NCBI GenBank assembly: GCA_963796965.1
Contig: CAWCNS010000004.1
Location: 768,001 to 832,000, forward strand
Source: Calditrichia bacterium
GTDB taxonomy: Bacteria; Calditrichota; Calditrichia; JAJRVZ01
Direction of reading: 5' to 3'
DNA length: 64,000 nucleotides
Positions 22,551 through 33,207 of this stretch are shown in pieces. A program made the translations under genes and the position numbers. The stretch's first letter is position 1. The number at the start of each line of letters is the position of its first letter. A model generated the notes under the pieces. It worked only from the letters and a program-made list of their open reading frames with translations. It did not search any database and was not told the origin of the DNA.

Positions 22551-23903
22551 TTGAAAGAAAAGAAATATGTGGTTTATTCGGCAATTGTAGCCGCATTAGG
22601 GGGTCTTCTTTTTGGATTCGATACGGCTGTTATTTCCGGAACAACACAGTGGCTTGAAAAAGTTTTTAATCTGACCCCGTTTTGGCTCGGTTTTACGGTT
22701 TCCAGTGCTTTGATCGGAACGATAGTGGGCGCAGTGTTTGTCAGCAAACCTTCCGACAAATATGGCCGGAGAAAAATTTTGTTTGTTCTGGCAGTCTTCT
22801 ATTTTGTTTCTGCTCTTGGTACCGCATATGCCTGGGATTGGTATTCATTTCTTTTTTTCCGTTTTCTTGGAGGCCTGGGAGTTGGAGGTGCGTCAGTGGT
22901 TTCTCCCATGTATATTGCAGAAATATCCCCGGCTAAATTTCGTGGCAGGCTTGTGGCGGTAACACAGTTTAATATTGTATTAGGCATCCTTCTGGCATTT
23001 TTCTCCAATTATCTTATCGCCGGCTTAAATTTGGGAGAAATGGAGTGGCGTTGGATGTTTGGCGTTGAAGCCGTACCTGCGATTTTATTTTTTTTGCTCT
23101 TGTTTCATACCCCTCGCAGTCCGCGGTGGCTTCTGGCAAATGAATGCATCGAGGAAGCTCGAATTGTGCTGGAAAAATGTGGTACAGATTCAGGAAATGT
23201 GGAAGATGAAATTCAAGAGATCCAAAAATCGCTCGATTTGGAACATCACAGTCTGAAAGAGCCCTTCTTGTCGCGGAAATACAGTACACCTATTTTGCTG
23301 GCTATAGCCATTGCCATGTTTAATCAGTTATCCGGTATTAACGCCTTAATGTATTATGCACCGCATATATTTAAAATGGCTGGTGCCGGGGCCGAATCAG
23401 CCTTGCTACAGACAGTAGCGGTAGGAGGTACTAATCTCCTGCTCACGATGACCGCCCTTCTTGTGATTGATCAGATTGGCCGGAAAAAATTAATGCTAAT
23501 CGGGTCGATAGGATATATTATCAGTTTGAGTGCGACAGCGTGGGCTTTCTATACTTATGGGACAGACTTTACAGAAACAGGGAGTTGGGTGGTCCTGGTG
23601 AGTTTATTAGTTTTTATTGCTTCTCATGCCTTTGGCCAGGGTGCCGTCATTTGGGTGTTTTTGAGTGAAATCTTTCCAAATCGCGTTCGTGCCCGTGGGC
23701 AAGCATTGGGTAGCTTTACCCATTGGATTATGGCGGCCGTAATTTCCTGGACCTTTCCCATGATCGCTGAAATTTCAGGTGCCCATACTTTTGCTTTTTA
23801 TGCAATTTGCATGGTGGGACAGCTCGTGTGGGTTATATTGATAATGCCGGAAACCAAAGGAATTTCCTTAGAATCCATTCAGAAAAAAATGGGAATAGAA
23901 TAG
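22551..23903 (+). CDS. Sugar porter family MFS transporter
   Basis: GGLLFGFDTAVISG, DKYGRR, PMYIAEISP, PRSPRWL, QLSGIN, SEIFP, PETKG. Confidence 0.92.
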   Translation: MKEKKYVVYSAIVAALGGLLFGFDTAVISGTTQWLEKVFNLTPFWLGFTVSSALIGTIVGAVFVSKPSDKYGRRKILFVLAVFYFVSALGTAYAWDWYSFLFFRFLGGLGVGGASVVSPMYIAEISPAKFRGRLVAVTQFNIVLGILLAFFSNYLIAGLNLGEMEWRWMFGVEAVPAILFFLLLFHTPRSPRWLLANECIEEARIVLEKCGTDSGNVEDEIQEIQKSLDLEHHSLKEPFLSRKYSTPILLAIAIAMFNQLSGINALMYYAPHIFKMAGAGAESALLQTVAVGGTNLLLTMTALLVIDQIGRKKLMLIGSIGYIISLSATAWAFYTYGTDFTETGSWVVLVSLLVFIASHAFGQGAVIWVFLSEIFPNRVRARGQALGSFTHWIMAAVISWTFPMIAEISGAHTFAFYAICMVGQLVWVILIMPETKGISLESIQKKMGIE

Positions 23904-23916
23904 CAAGTATATAAGA

Positions 23917-25416
23917 CTACCCCCTGGTCAACCGGTTTGCTAATGAAGCCATCTCTTCCGTAACTGAATTGTCCGTACTTATTTTATCAAAAGATATGGC
24001 ATACTCTTTTCCGGAAAGTACTGCCGGCATTTGACGATTTTTCCCGCTTACAATTAATTGTGCAAGTTTCCTGGCCATGCGTTGGGCAAGCATAATATCC
24101 AGATTGTTTGGCGCTGCTCCCCTGATATCCCGGGAGAAACCTTCACATACAATACGCAGTTTTGTATTTAACCCAGCTTTTAGTAATTCATCTCTGAAAA
24201 ATTCTGCAGAATTTCCTTTATAGCCACTGGACTTTCTCTTCTTTGCCTTATAGCCTTCAGCAACTACAATAACCGCATCGGTTCGTTTCTCTAATCCACG
24301 GCTTATTGCCTTAAGATCAAGATCTGAAGACGGAACAACAGCCAGATGTGCTCCGGCGCCCAGGCAAGAATACAATGCGTGAAATCCGCCCCGGGCTCCC
24401 ATCATTTCGATTATGTATATGCGCTTATGTGTCCGTGCATCAGCCATATAACTGCGGATTTTTTCTGATCCAACCTCGACACCTGTATATTCACCAATAC
24501 ATTCACTTCCATAGACATCACTATCAATCGTGACCGGAATAAAATATGTTTTTACGGTATTGGGCAGTAATTGGCTTAAGGCTTTAATCCCGTAGAAGGT
24601 ACCGTTTCCACCAATGCCAATTACAACTTTTACTTTTCTTTTTATGATATTTTCTGCAGCAATTTTCTGATATTTAGCATCTTTGAACTCTGGAAAACGT
24701 TCCGATCTAAAATTGGCACCCCGTGCCTCCCTTAGAGGAGGCGAAAATAAAACGCCTGGAATATGCTCTATTTTTTTATAAATTTCAGAATCATGGACGA
24801 GACAACGATAGTCTCTGGCAAGATCGGAGACAATTGATTTGAATCCTTCCGCAGCAATAAAAACCTGTCGATTCATGTTCGATAAATGCTCTGTAATAAA
24901 GGCAGTGGCTGGATTATATCCAGGGGCGCAGCCTCCGTCCTGAACGAGCAAGACATCCATGGAATCATAAAGGGTGGAACCTTCTCTGAGATACGATGAG
25001 ATCATACGCGCAAAACCACGATAAATTTTTTGTGATATCTCATGAGAAATCAGATCGGGATTGTCTAAAATATGACCTTCTAAGCGAAATAATTCGGATG
25101 AAGCTCTGGCCGTTACGGTACCCATTCTAGGATTGGCATCAACAAGGGCAATCTCTCCAAATGAATCACCGACACTAAAGTGCGATGCATGTCGGTCCAT
25201 TATAGACAATTCAAATTTACCCTTGGCTATGATATAAACAGAAGATCCCGGCTCACCCTCTTTTACCACAACTTCATCCTGTTTGTATTTTTCCTTTAGT
25301 AGCACGGCAATTACTGAAATTATCTCCTTGTCATTAAGATCACGGAAGGGTTTTACATTTTTCATCAATTGTAAAATCGATTTATCCTGAGGATTAAAAG
25401 ACATCTTTTGCGGCAT
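23917..25416 (-). CDS. Cyclic-nucleotide-binding domain fused to a divergent PfkA-type 6-phosphofructokinase domain
   Basis: N-terminal EGEPG..YII..G..FGEIALV..PRMGTV; C-terminal DGGCAPGYN, GIGGNGT, PVTIDSD, IEMMG, VVAEG, IRGAAP. Confidence 0.82.
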   Translation of the reverse strand: MPQKMSFNPQDKSILQLMKNVKPFRDLNDKEIISVIAVLLKEKYKQDEVVVKEGEPGSSVYIIAKGKFELSIMDRHASHFSVGDSFGEIALVDANPRMGTVTARASSELFRLEGHILDNPDLISHEISQKIYRGFARMISSYLREGSTLYDSMDVLLVQDGGCAPGYNPATAFITEHLSNMNRQVFIAAEGFKSIVSDLARDYRCLVHDSEIYKKIEHIPGVLFSPPLREARGANFRSERFPEFKDAKYQKIAAENIIKRKVKVVIGIGGNGTFYGIKALSQLLPNTVKTYFIPVTIDSDVYGSECIGEYTGVEVGSEKIRSYMADARTHKRIYIIEMMGARGGFHALYSCLGAGAHLAVVPSSDLDLKAISRGLEKRTDAVIVVAEGYKAKKRKSSGYKGNSAEFFRDELLKAGLNTKLRIVCEGFSRDIRGAAPNNLDIMLAQRMARKLAQLIVSGKNRQMPAVLSGKEYAISFDKISTDNSVTEEMASLANRLTRG

Positions 25417-25782
25417 TATTTATCCTTTCATAATTGCGATTTTGTGAATGAATTGGGAAAACCAAATATAATTCATTCTTTAAATCCCTCCAACAGGAAA
25501 TCAAAAAATTTGTTTTATTGTGTCTTAATTAGCTTTTTTTGCTATATTTAGGCGTTATTCTCATATTTAATCACTCAAGTGCTGAGTACGTGTCAAAGAA
25601 AAAGAAAATAGTTATGTCTCTTTACTAAAAGTGTAACTTTGGGATATTCTTTGCGTAAGTGAAAATGAGACATTGTTTGCATTGAATTAGAAAAATGACG
25701 GAACAATTTATAATAGAAAAAAATTGAAAGATCACCCTGCGTGACTAACGATTATGGTATATTTTAAAACTTCAGGAGACTT

Positions 25783-27546
25783 ATGAGATTAGGCGGGGGA
25801 ACATATAAACTTACCTTATACTTATCTACCCTATTTTATTGTCTATCCTTATTTGCTCAGGATTCAGAAATTGAATTTCGTCAATTTGAGCCTGGAGAAA
25901 TTAGATATGAAGGCTTTTCACTGCGTAGTGATAAATCCATTATTATTGATGCTGTGGGGGCCGGTGGAGACAAACAGGTAAAACGAACAAAAAATAATTT
26001 TGTCGATCCGATGAATATGTTTGCTTATGCCTGGATTCTTGATGCGCGCACACGTGAATTGAAATGGCGTATGACGCCTGATAATACGGAGAGCGATTGG
26101 TGGGCAGAAAAATATAACCGGAAGTTTTCAGGAGAAGTCTCATTAGAGAAAGGTGAATATGAGTTATATTATACGGCTGCCCGTCCTTTATTCCTTGAAA
26201 CCGGGGGGGGGTATTTTAATCTGAAACGCCTCTGGGAAAAGGTTTTCGGTGATGAAGATTGGTGGAGAGAGAACTCAGAAAAATGGTATATCAAAGTTTC
26301 GCAGGTTGACGAAGTTTTTGCAAAGGATGCCGTTGATAAATATCAGCGGTCAATAAAAAATGCTGCAATCATTAACCTGACAGAAATTAGGGATTCGGAA
26401 GAAGTTAAGAAGGGATTCAGTCTAAAGAAATCAGCAAATTTAAAGATTTATGCGCTCGGTGAAGGAGATAAAGGGGAGATGTATGATTATTGTTATATCA
26501 TAGATGCAACCACCCGCGAGCGTAAATATGTCATGGAAGCCAGGGATACGGAACCTGCCGGTGGGGCCCTCAAAAACAGAGTTGTACAATTAGAAATGGC
26601 CTTTGAAGCGGGAGATTATTTGGTTTTTTATCAAACGGATGACAGTCATTCACATGAGGAGTGGAACGCCAATCCACCCTATGATCCAAATTTTTGGGGG
26701 GTAACCATTAGTGGTGCCGGAAAAAATTTTGATAAGGATATCGTTTATAAATTTGTGGAGAGTGAAGGAGATATTGTCGTAAAATTAGACCATCTTGGAG
26801 ACTATGAAGAGGTGTACGAAGGCTTTACTCTGGAGCGGTCCATGAAAGTCCGGATCTATGCCCTCGGTGAGGGGCGCAATGGGGAAATGTTTGATTATGG
26901 ATGGATTGAAAACGCCAGAACCGGACAAAAAGTCTGGGAAATGGAATACCGTCGGACAGAACCAGCCGGTGGGGCAGAAAAAAATCGGCGTTTTGATGGC
27001 GTAATTACTCTTCCGGCAGGATCATATATGGCGAACTTCATTAGTGATGATTCGCATTCTTATCGAAATTGGAATGACTCAAAACCCCTCGATCCTTCGG
27101 GTTGGGGAATGAAAATTTACACCGTTGTTAAAGATGATCAGAAGTATGTAAAAGAATATGATCCGGAGAAAGATAAAAATATTCTCGTTCAGATTGTCCG
27201 TGTTGGTGATGATGAACATATTAAAAAGCAATTTCAAATAGAATATGACAGAACTGTCCGTGTTTATGCCCTTGGTGAAGGCCGCAGCGGTGAAATGTAT
27301 GACTTTGCCTGGATTGAAGAATCACGGAGCGGTAAAACCATATGGGAAATGGACTACCGGGATACGCGGCGAGCTGGAGGTGCCTCTAAAAACCGGGTGT
27401 TTGATGGTACAGTCTTTTTAAAAGCGGGGCCTTATATTTTGCACTATGTTTCAGATGATAGTCATTCATATGCTGATTGGAACAGTTCCCCTCCTCGTGA
27501 TAAAAGAAACTGGGGCGTGACAATTTATACATTCAACGGAAATTAA
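25783..27546 (+). CDS. Secreted hypothetical protein with three complete ~135-aa repeats and one degenerate copy
   Basis: Signal peptide (SLFA-Q); repeated YALGEG..EM(Y/F)D..AGGA.KNR..DDSHS..WN..WG.(T/K)I; AGGAG RBS. Confidence 0.85.
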   Translation: MRLGGGTYKLTLYLSTLFYCLSLFAQDSEIEFRQFEPGEIRYEGFSLRSDKSIIIDAVGAGGDKQVKRTKNNFVDPMNMFAYAWILDARTRELKWRMTPDNTESDWWAEKYNRKFSGEVSLEKGEYELYYTAARPLFLETGGGYFNLKRLWEKVFGDEDWWRENSEKWYIKVSQVDEVFAKDAVDKYQRSIKNAAIINLTEIRDSEEVKKGFSLKKSANLKIYALGEGDKGEMYDYCYIIDATTRERKYVMEARDTEPAGGALKNRVVQLEMAFEAGDYLVFYQTDDSHSHEEWNANPPYDPNFWGVTISGAGKNFDKDIVYKFVESEGDIVVKLDHLGDYEEVYEGFTLERSMKVRIYALGEGRNGEMFDYGWIENARTGQKVWEMEYRRTEPAGGAEKNRRFDGVITLPAGSYMANFISDDSHSYRNWNDSKPLDPSGWGMKIYTVVKDDQKYVKEYDPEKDKNILVQIVRVGDDEHIKKQFQIEYDRTVRVYALGEGRSGEMYDFAWIEESRSGKTIWEMDYRDTRRAGGASKNRVFDGTVFLKAGPYILHYVSDDSHSYADWNSSPPRDKRNWGVTIYTFNGN

Positions 27547-27907
27547 AATTTCGTTCTCCACGAATTTTCAATTTGCCCCTCTGCACTATCATTTAATAAT
27601 CCAGAATAGGATAAAATAAAATAATTTAAAAAGATTCAAAAATACGCAACATTTAAAAAATCTTGCATTTTTGACCGACTTTGTTGTCGTTGACTATTTT
27701 TTAATTGCCCCTGTCTCGGGACATGCTAAAAAATGTTTACGTTTTTAAATTGTGAATAAATTTGTCTCCAAAATTGAGACAAATTAATATGGAATATTTT
27801 TAAACCGCAGAGTTACCCCCGTAAAACGGGGCAGGCTCACCCGAATGGTAAGCATGAGGTACTTTGTGGTTATTTTTTACACTACAGATTTAACAAGGGG
27901 AGAAGAA

Positions 27908-28717
27908 ATGAAAAGAAATAGAGCGACAATCATTCCATTTATTTTATTTTTTACCTTCCTTGGTGCATTTGCACAATTTGCTAATGCTTCAACGGCCAAG
28001 AAGACATTTAAAAAATCAATAAGCTTTAACCAGGGAGGGTATTTGAGTCTCTCCAATAAGAATGGTGAGATTGAAATTACTGCCTGGGAGAAAGATGTCG
28101 TAGAAATAATCGCCTATAAGGTCGTCAGGGCTTCTGACAGGGAGACAGCGGAAAAGTTACTTGAGCACCTTAAGATCGAGATAAAGGAAAATGATAATGA
28201 AATTATTGTTGAAACGGATTTTCCCAGTAGTTCTGATAACGGATTTTTTGGTTGGTTGTTTGAAGGAGGCAATAATTCCTTTTCAGTCAGTTATGAAGTG
28301 AAAGTGCCCCGGAAAATTGATTTGAATATACATACAACAAATGGTGATGTGGAAGTTAAAGATATTTCTGGCCGTTTGCGTCTGGAATCTACCAATGGAA
28401 GCATTGTAGGTCGCGATATTCAGGGGTTAACCAAATGCCGAACCACCAATGGTTCAATTAAAGTTAGTTTTGATGAAGTCTCTGGCGAAGATGAGATGAA
28501 TTTTAAAACCACCAATGGTTCTATTAAATTATATTTGCCCGAATCATATGGTGCTAAAGCGGAATTAAAGACTACGAATGGACATATAGATAGTGATTTT
28601 TCCATGTCCGGTTCTTCATATAAATCGAAAAAGAAATTTTCAGGTATCATTAATGATGGTGGTCACGATCTGTACTGTAAAACCACAAATGGGAATATCT
28701 CATTAATAAAGAATTAA
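27908..28717 (+). CDS. DUF4097-family beta-strand-repeat exported protein
   Basis: Signal peptide; repeated (T/S)TNG.I motif; start MKRNR after AGGGGAG. Confidence 0.85.
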   Translation: MKRNRATIIPFILFFTFLGAFAQFANASTAKKTFKKSISFNQGGYLSLSNKNGEIEITAWEKDVVEIIAYKVVRASDRETAEKLLEHLKIEIKENDNEIIVETDFPSSSDNGFFGWLFEGGNNSFSVSYEVKVPRKIDLNIHTTNGDVEVKDISGRLRLESTNGSIVGRDIQGLTKCRTTNGSIKVSFDEVSGEDEMNFKTTNGSIKLYLPESYGAKAELKTTNGHIDSDFSMSGSSYKSKKKFSGIINDGGHDLYCKTTNGNISLIKN

Positions 28718-28783
28718 GATTTGTAATTTGTAATTGGTAATTTGGGGATTAGTATAACTATAACATGCCTAAAGATTATATTA

Positions 28784-28878
28784 AACACAAAGTTCACTAA
28801 GTAGGCATAAAGTACGCAAAGAAAAATATCTTAATAAAAACATTGTGATCTTTGTGCTTTCTTTGTGTCCTTTGTGTT
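28784..28878. repeat. ACACAAAG/CTTTGTGT inverted-repeat family, copy 3, between convergent genes
   Basis: aacacaaagttcactaagtaggcataaag ... ctttgtgtcctttgtgtt. Confidence 0.7.
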
Positions 28879-28883
28879 TTTTT

Positions 28884-29591
28884 TTAATAAAGGATTGATA
28901 AAATATCTGGAAATGATGAGACCGTATATAGATTTTGTTGGTTAGGTAGGATTGCTTCATCGTCTAAAACCCAGGTATGCTCATAAGGAATATAAATAGC
29001 CCAGAGACCTGCTTTTAGGGCAGGATTGATGTCAGATTTAGGACTATTGCCTATCATGCAGGTTTCAGAGGGATTCCACTTATTATTAGTAAGTATTTTT
29101 TGATAGGTCTCAAAATCTTTTTCAGATTTGACAAAAGTCTTTTCGAAATATGGTAGTAGGTTTGATCTCTCCAATTTTCCCCACTGTTCCTGTATATCTC
29201 CCTTTGTTAGAACATAAAGCGGGTACCTGTCTTTTAATTCGCTCAAAGTTTCCTCTACCCTGGGAAATATTCTGGGCTGTATTTTGACATGCTCTGAAAA
29301 AGTTTCACATATATCCTTCAGGCGTTCGGGATGTGAGGGGTCATTTAAATCATTTTTGTAACGATGAAACAGGGTTTTTAGGATATAAATATAGTTTTGA
29401 CTTCCATACCCCATGGTGCGTACGACCTCATGCTCAAGGGCCTGAAAATCATTTTCAATTTTTGACTGTATCTTCCCGCTTTCATGAAGCAGGTTAACGA
29501 GATCTTCAGCGGCACGCACATAATAAATATTATTTTCCCATAATGTATCGTCTGCGTCAAAGATGATGTTTTTTACTTTTTTTATAGACAT
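28884..29591 (-). CDS. HAD-family hydrolase
   Basis: FDADDTLW motif I, LTKGD, MIGNSPKSDINP. Confidence 0.88.
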   Translation of the reverse strand: MSIKKVKNIIFDADDTLWENNIYYVRAAEDLVNLLHESGKIQSKIENDFQALEHEVVRTMGYGSQNYIYILKTLFHRYKNDLNDPSHPERLKDICETFSEHVKIQPRIFPRVEETLSELKDRYPLYVLTKGDIQEQWGKLERSNLLPYFEKTFVKSEKDFETYQKILTNNKWNPSETCMIGNSPKSDINPALKAGLWAIYIPYEHTWVLDDEAILPNQQNLYTVSSFPDILSILY

Positions 29592-29721
29592 GACATATTC
29601 CGTAATTTTTAGAGAGGCAAATATAAGAATCAGGTATTTTAATTCATAATAAATATCTGTTTGATTTGGTGTTGGAGAAGGTCTAAATTACGCCAACTTT
29701 TATATCAATAAGGAGAATTAG

Positions 29722-29994
29722 ATGAGGAATTTAATTTTTATTATGGCCCTTGTATTTTTGACTATGACATTGATTATGTGTGCCGGTGAGCAAAAGCAGG
29801 AAGCACAGCCTGAGTCAAAACAAACCACCGTAACCAAAGAAGAACTAATAGATTGTCCGGGTTGTAACATGAAAATGGAGAAATCTAAGATGATTGCACA
29901 TGTGGCTGATGGGGATACCTTATATTTTTGTGCAGAAGGCTGCAAGGACCATTATTTGGCTAAGTTGGAAAAAGAGGCGACCAAGAAAAATTAA
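29722..29994 (+). CDS. Small exported YHS/TRASH-type metal-binding protein
   Basis: Hydrophobic leader ending in Cys; DCPGCNM..YFCAEGC; AAGGAG RBS. Confidence 0.7.
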   Translation: MRNLIFIMALVFLTMTLIMCAGEQKQEAQPESKQTTVTKEELIDCPGCNMKMEKSKMIAHVADGDTLYFCAEGCKDHYLAKLEKEATKKN

Positions 29995-30163
29995 TATCAA
30001 TCTCTTTATTAGTCAGGTACAGGGGAGAGAAAAACGAGGATCGTAAAGCGAAGAGCGAAGAAAGAGAATTGCTTTGCGCTCCACACTCTAAGGCTTTTCT
30101 CCCCTCTTCTCTCTTCATGCGGATTACGTGTATTAAATAGATTAAGACCATATCGGGTAAAAA

Positions 30164-32147
30164 ATGTCCAAATTTAAACTATCTTCCAAATATAGCCCCC
30201 AGGGGGATCAACCCCAAGCGATCAAAGAGATATCGGCCGAATTTGAACGAGGGGTAGATTGCCAGACATTGCTTGGTGTGACGGGTAGTGGTAAAACATT
30301 TACCATGGCAAATATTATTGCTACTCAGAATTTACCCACCTTAATAATTTCTCATAATAAAACACTCGCTGCTCAGTTGTTCGGCGAATTTAAAGGATAT
30401 TTTCCTGAAAATGCTGTGGAGTTTTTTATATCATATTATGATTACTATCAACCGGAAGCCTATGTGCCCTCGACGGATACCTTTATCGAGAAGGATGCCA
30501 GTATTAACGATGAAATTGATCGTTTGCGTCTGAGAGCGACTTCATCACTTTTGGCCAGAAAAGATGTGGTTATTGTTGCCAGTGTCTCCTGTATTTATGG
30601 CTTGGGATCACCTGAAGATTATCAAAAATTACTCGTCATTGCCCGAAAAGGAGAGCGTGTTGATCGAAACGAGATTCTTCTCAAATTAGTTGATATTCAA
30701 TATAATCGGAATGATTTTGATTTCCAACGTGGTACCTTCCGGGTCAGAGGGGATGTGATTGATATATTTCCGGCTTATGAGGAAGAGGCCATTCGTCTTG
30801 AGTTTTTTGGCAATCAGATCGAACAAATCTCTTCCATTGATACACTTACCGGGGAAGTGAAAAAGGAAATGGATACAGCCATCATTTATCCGGCTAGGCA
30901 TTTTGTAACTACTGAAGAGAAGATGGAGCGGGCGATGAAGGAGATTCGTCTTGAGCTGGAAGATCAATTAAAAAAACTCCGTGGTCAAAATAAATTGCTG
31001 GAAGCACAACGGTTGGAGATGCGTACGAATTTCGATCTGGAAATGATGGCTGAGGTCGGGTATTGCTCAGGTATCGAAAATTATTCACGACATATCTCAG
31101 GACGTAACCCTGGAGAACCACCCTATACTTTATTAGATTTCTTCCCTGAAAAGTTTATGGTTTTTATCGATGAATCTCATCAGACCATTCCTCAAGTCAG
31201 AGCGATGTATAATGGAGATCGTTCAAGAAAGGAAACACTTGTGGAGCATGGATTTCGTTTGCCAAGTGCTTTGGATAACCGTCCGCTCAAATTTCATGAG
31301 TTTGAAGAAAAAGCCTAAACAGACACTCTATGTTTCAGCCACACCGTCAACATATGAATTTGAAAAGAGTAAGGGACTATACGTAGAGCAGGTCATCCGA
31401 CCAACAGGTTTGGTGGATCCGGTAATTGAGGTTCGTCCTATCGCTACACAAATCGACGACTTAATCGGAGAAATAAGGGAGAGGGTGGAGAAAAAAGAAC
31501 GAACACTCGTAACCACACTTACCAAGCGAATGTCAGAAGATCTGACTGATTATCTTCGCGGTATGAATATTAATGTCCGGTATTTGCATTCGGAGATTAA
31601 TGCCCTGGAACGCGTTGATATATTACGTGATTTGAGGCTGGCTCAATTTGATGTTCTCGTAGGGATAAATTTGCTCCGAGAAGGTCTGGATCTACCCGAA
31701 GTATCCCTCGTAGCAATATTAGATGCTGATAAGGAGGGATTTTTACGATCCTATGTTTCTTTGATGCAAACTTCAGGGAGGGCTGCGCGTAATATAGGCG
31801 GTAAGGTTATCTTCTATGCGGACAAAATTACCGATTCCATGAAAAAAACCATGGATGAAACAAATCGCCGACGCGAAAAACAATTGGCTTATAATGAAGA
31901 GCATGGTATTACGGCTAAAACAATTTTTAAAACGGCTGAGGAAATATTAGCTACCACAAGTGTTGCTGATGTACGTCAAAAATTACCCCGGGTCGCAGAA
32001 CCAGCCATTGAGTATGGTAATTTGGATAGGGAAGAGATCGTCGATCGACTCACTAAAGAGATGCAAACAGCCGCCGCCAACCTGGAATTTGAAAGGGCGG
32101 CTGTGATCCGTGATGAAATAAAACGGTTGAAGGGGAGGAAAAGTTGA
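30164..32147 (+). CDS. uvrB: Excinuclease ABC subunit B; frameshift near 31315
   Basis: [48 protein letters not shown]-terminal UVR domain LEFERAA.IRD. Confidence 0.95.
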
Positions 32148-32200
32148 GGCTCAGTTCTATGATAACAGATAAGATGAGATGTCGCATCCCGCATCCCGCA

Positions 32201-33070
32201 TCACGCTTCATATACATCCTGAAAAGTATACAATCGTTTTGCCACTACGGGATGATCAAAACTTATTTGATCAAATCCTGATCCTCCTAGAAACACTTTT
32301 GTTCGGGACTTCTGGCAAATGTCAAAGATAGAATGAATCTCCTGTTCAGCCATGAGGGTGTCTTCGTTAATCGTGCTTGAGATATATAGCCGGTCCGGTT
32401 TTATTTTTTTTAGCATTTGTTCAAGATCCAGATAGGGGGTTTTTTGACCGCTGAAATAAGTTTTAAACCCTCTGACTTCCAGAATATTCTGAACCATTTT
32501 CAGAGCAATGTCATGGAGCTCGAGTGATAGATTCAGGCAAATGGCGGTTCTTGTTTTCTTTCTTGGAACTTTTATTATACCTTGCAATCGAATAATGGCA
32601 TCGCGAATAATCTGGGAGGCAATATGCTCTTCTGTTACCGATAATTTATTATTCATCCAGCGATCACCAATTTCATGTAATGTCGGGGTTATTAGCTCAT
32701 CATATATTTGATACAAGGGATACTGCCCCAAATGTAATCCTGTCAGGACATTCTGTACATCATCCCTATTGGCCTGTAGCGCTTTTTTAATCAGAAAAGA
32801 TTGTAAATAGTTAAAATCACCTTTAAGAATATGGTAGTTGATTTCAAGGTCCTGACTATTCTCTATAGAAAATATATTTAGTTTGGATGTTTTTTTATTA
32901 TTCTTTTTAAGAAACTCTGCTAAATGGGTCATTTGAAATTTACGATGTCCCCCCGCCGTTCGAATGCAGGATAGTTTTCCCTCATCCGTCCATCTCTTTA
33001 TAGAGGAAACATTTACACCCAATACCCGCGCTGCTTCTTCACTGTTCAATACCGTTGCTGTGACTTCCAT
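32201..33070 (-). CDS. CarH/LitR-like cobalamin-binding transcriptional regulator (MerR/excisionase HTH + B12-binding domains)
   Basis: HTH (EAARVLGVNVSSIKRW..RTAGGHRKF); W-x9-EH motif (WMNNKLSVTEEH); E-x-H-x-x-A-x41-S-x-T-x28-GG B12 motif. Confidence 0.85.
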   Translation of the reverse strand: MEVTATVLNSEEAARVLGVNVSSIKRWTDEGKLSCIRTAGGHRKFQMTHLAEFLKKNNKKTSKLNIFSIENSQDLEINYHILKGDFNYLQSFLIKKALQANRDDVQNVLTGLHLGQYPLYQIYDELITPTLHEIGDRWMNNKLSVTEEHIASQIIRDAIIRLQGIIKVPRKKTRTAICLNLSLELHDIALKMVQNILEVRGFKTYFSGQKTPYLDLEQMLKKIKPDRLYISSTINEDTLMAEQEIHSIFDICQKSRTKVFLGGSGFDQISFDHPVVAKRLYTFQDVYEA

Positions 33071-33127
33071 CTAATTTTTCCTTTCATCGATAATATACAA
33101 TGAAAAATCCAGTCTATCCAAAAAAAA

Positions 33128-33207
33128 GAGCGATTTGAGCGATATTTTTCTTGACTTTCATTTTTTTCTTTGTATATTGTGTCTAAGAAAACGCTCAAAA
33201 CGCTCAA
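33128..33207 (+). promoter_or_regulatory. Promoter (TTGACT-N16-TATATT) bracketed by two mirrored pairs of GAGCG boxes
   Basis: GAGCG at 33128 and 33137; CGCTC at 33192 and 33201; -35 at 33151, -10 at 33173. Confidence 0.55.
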
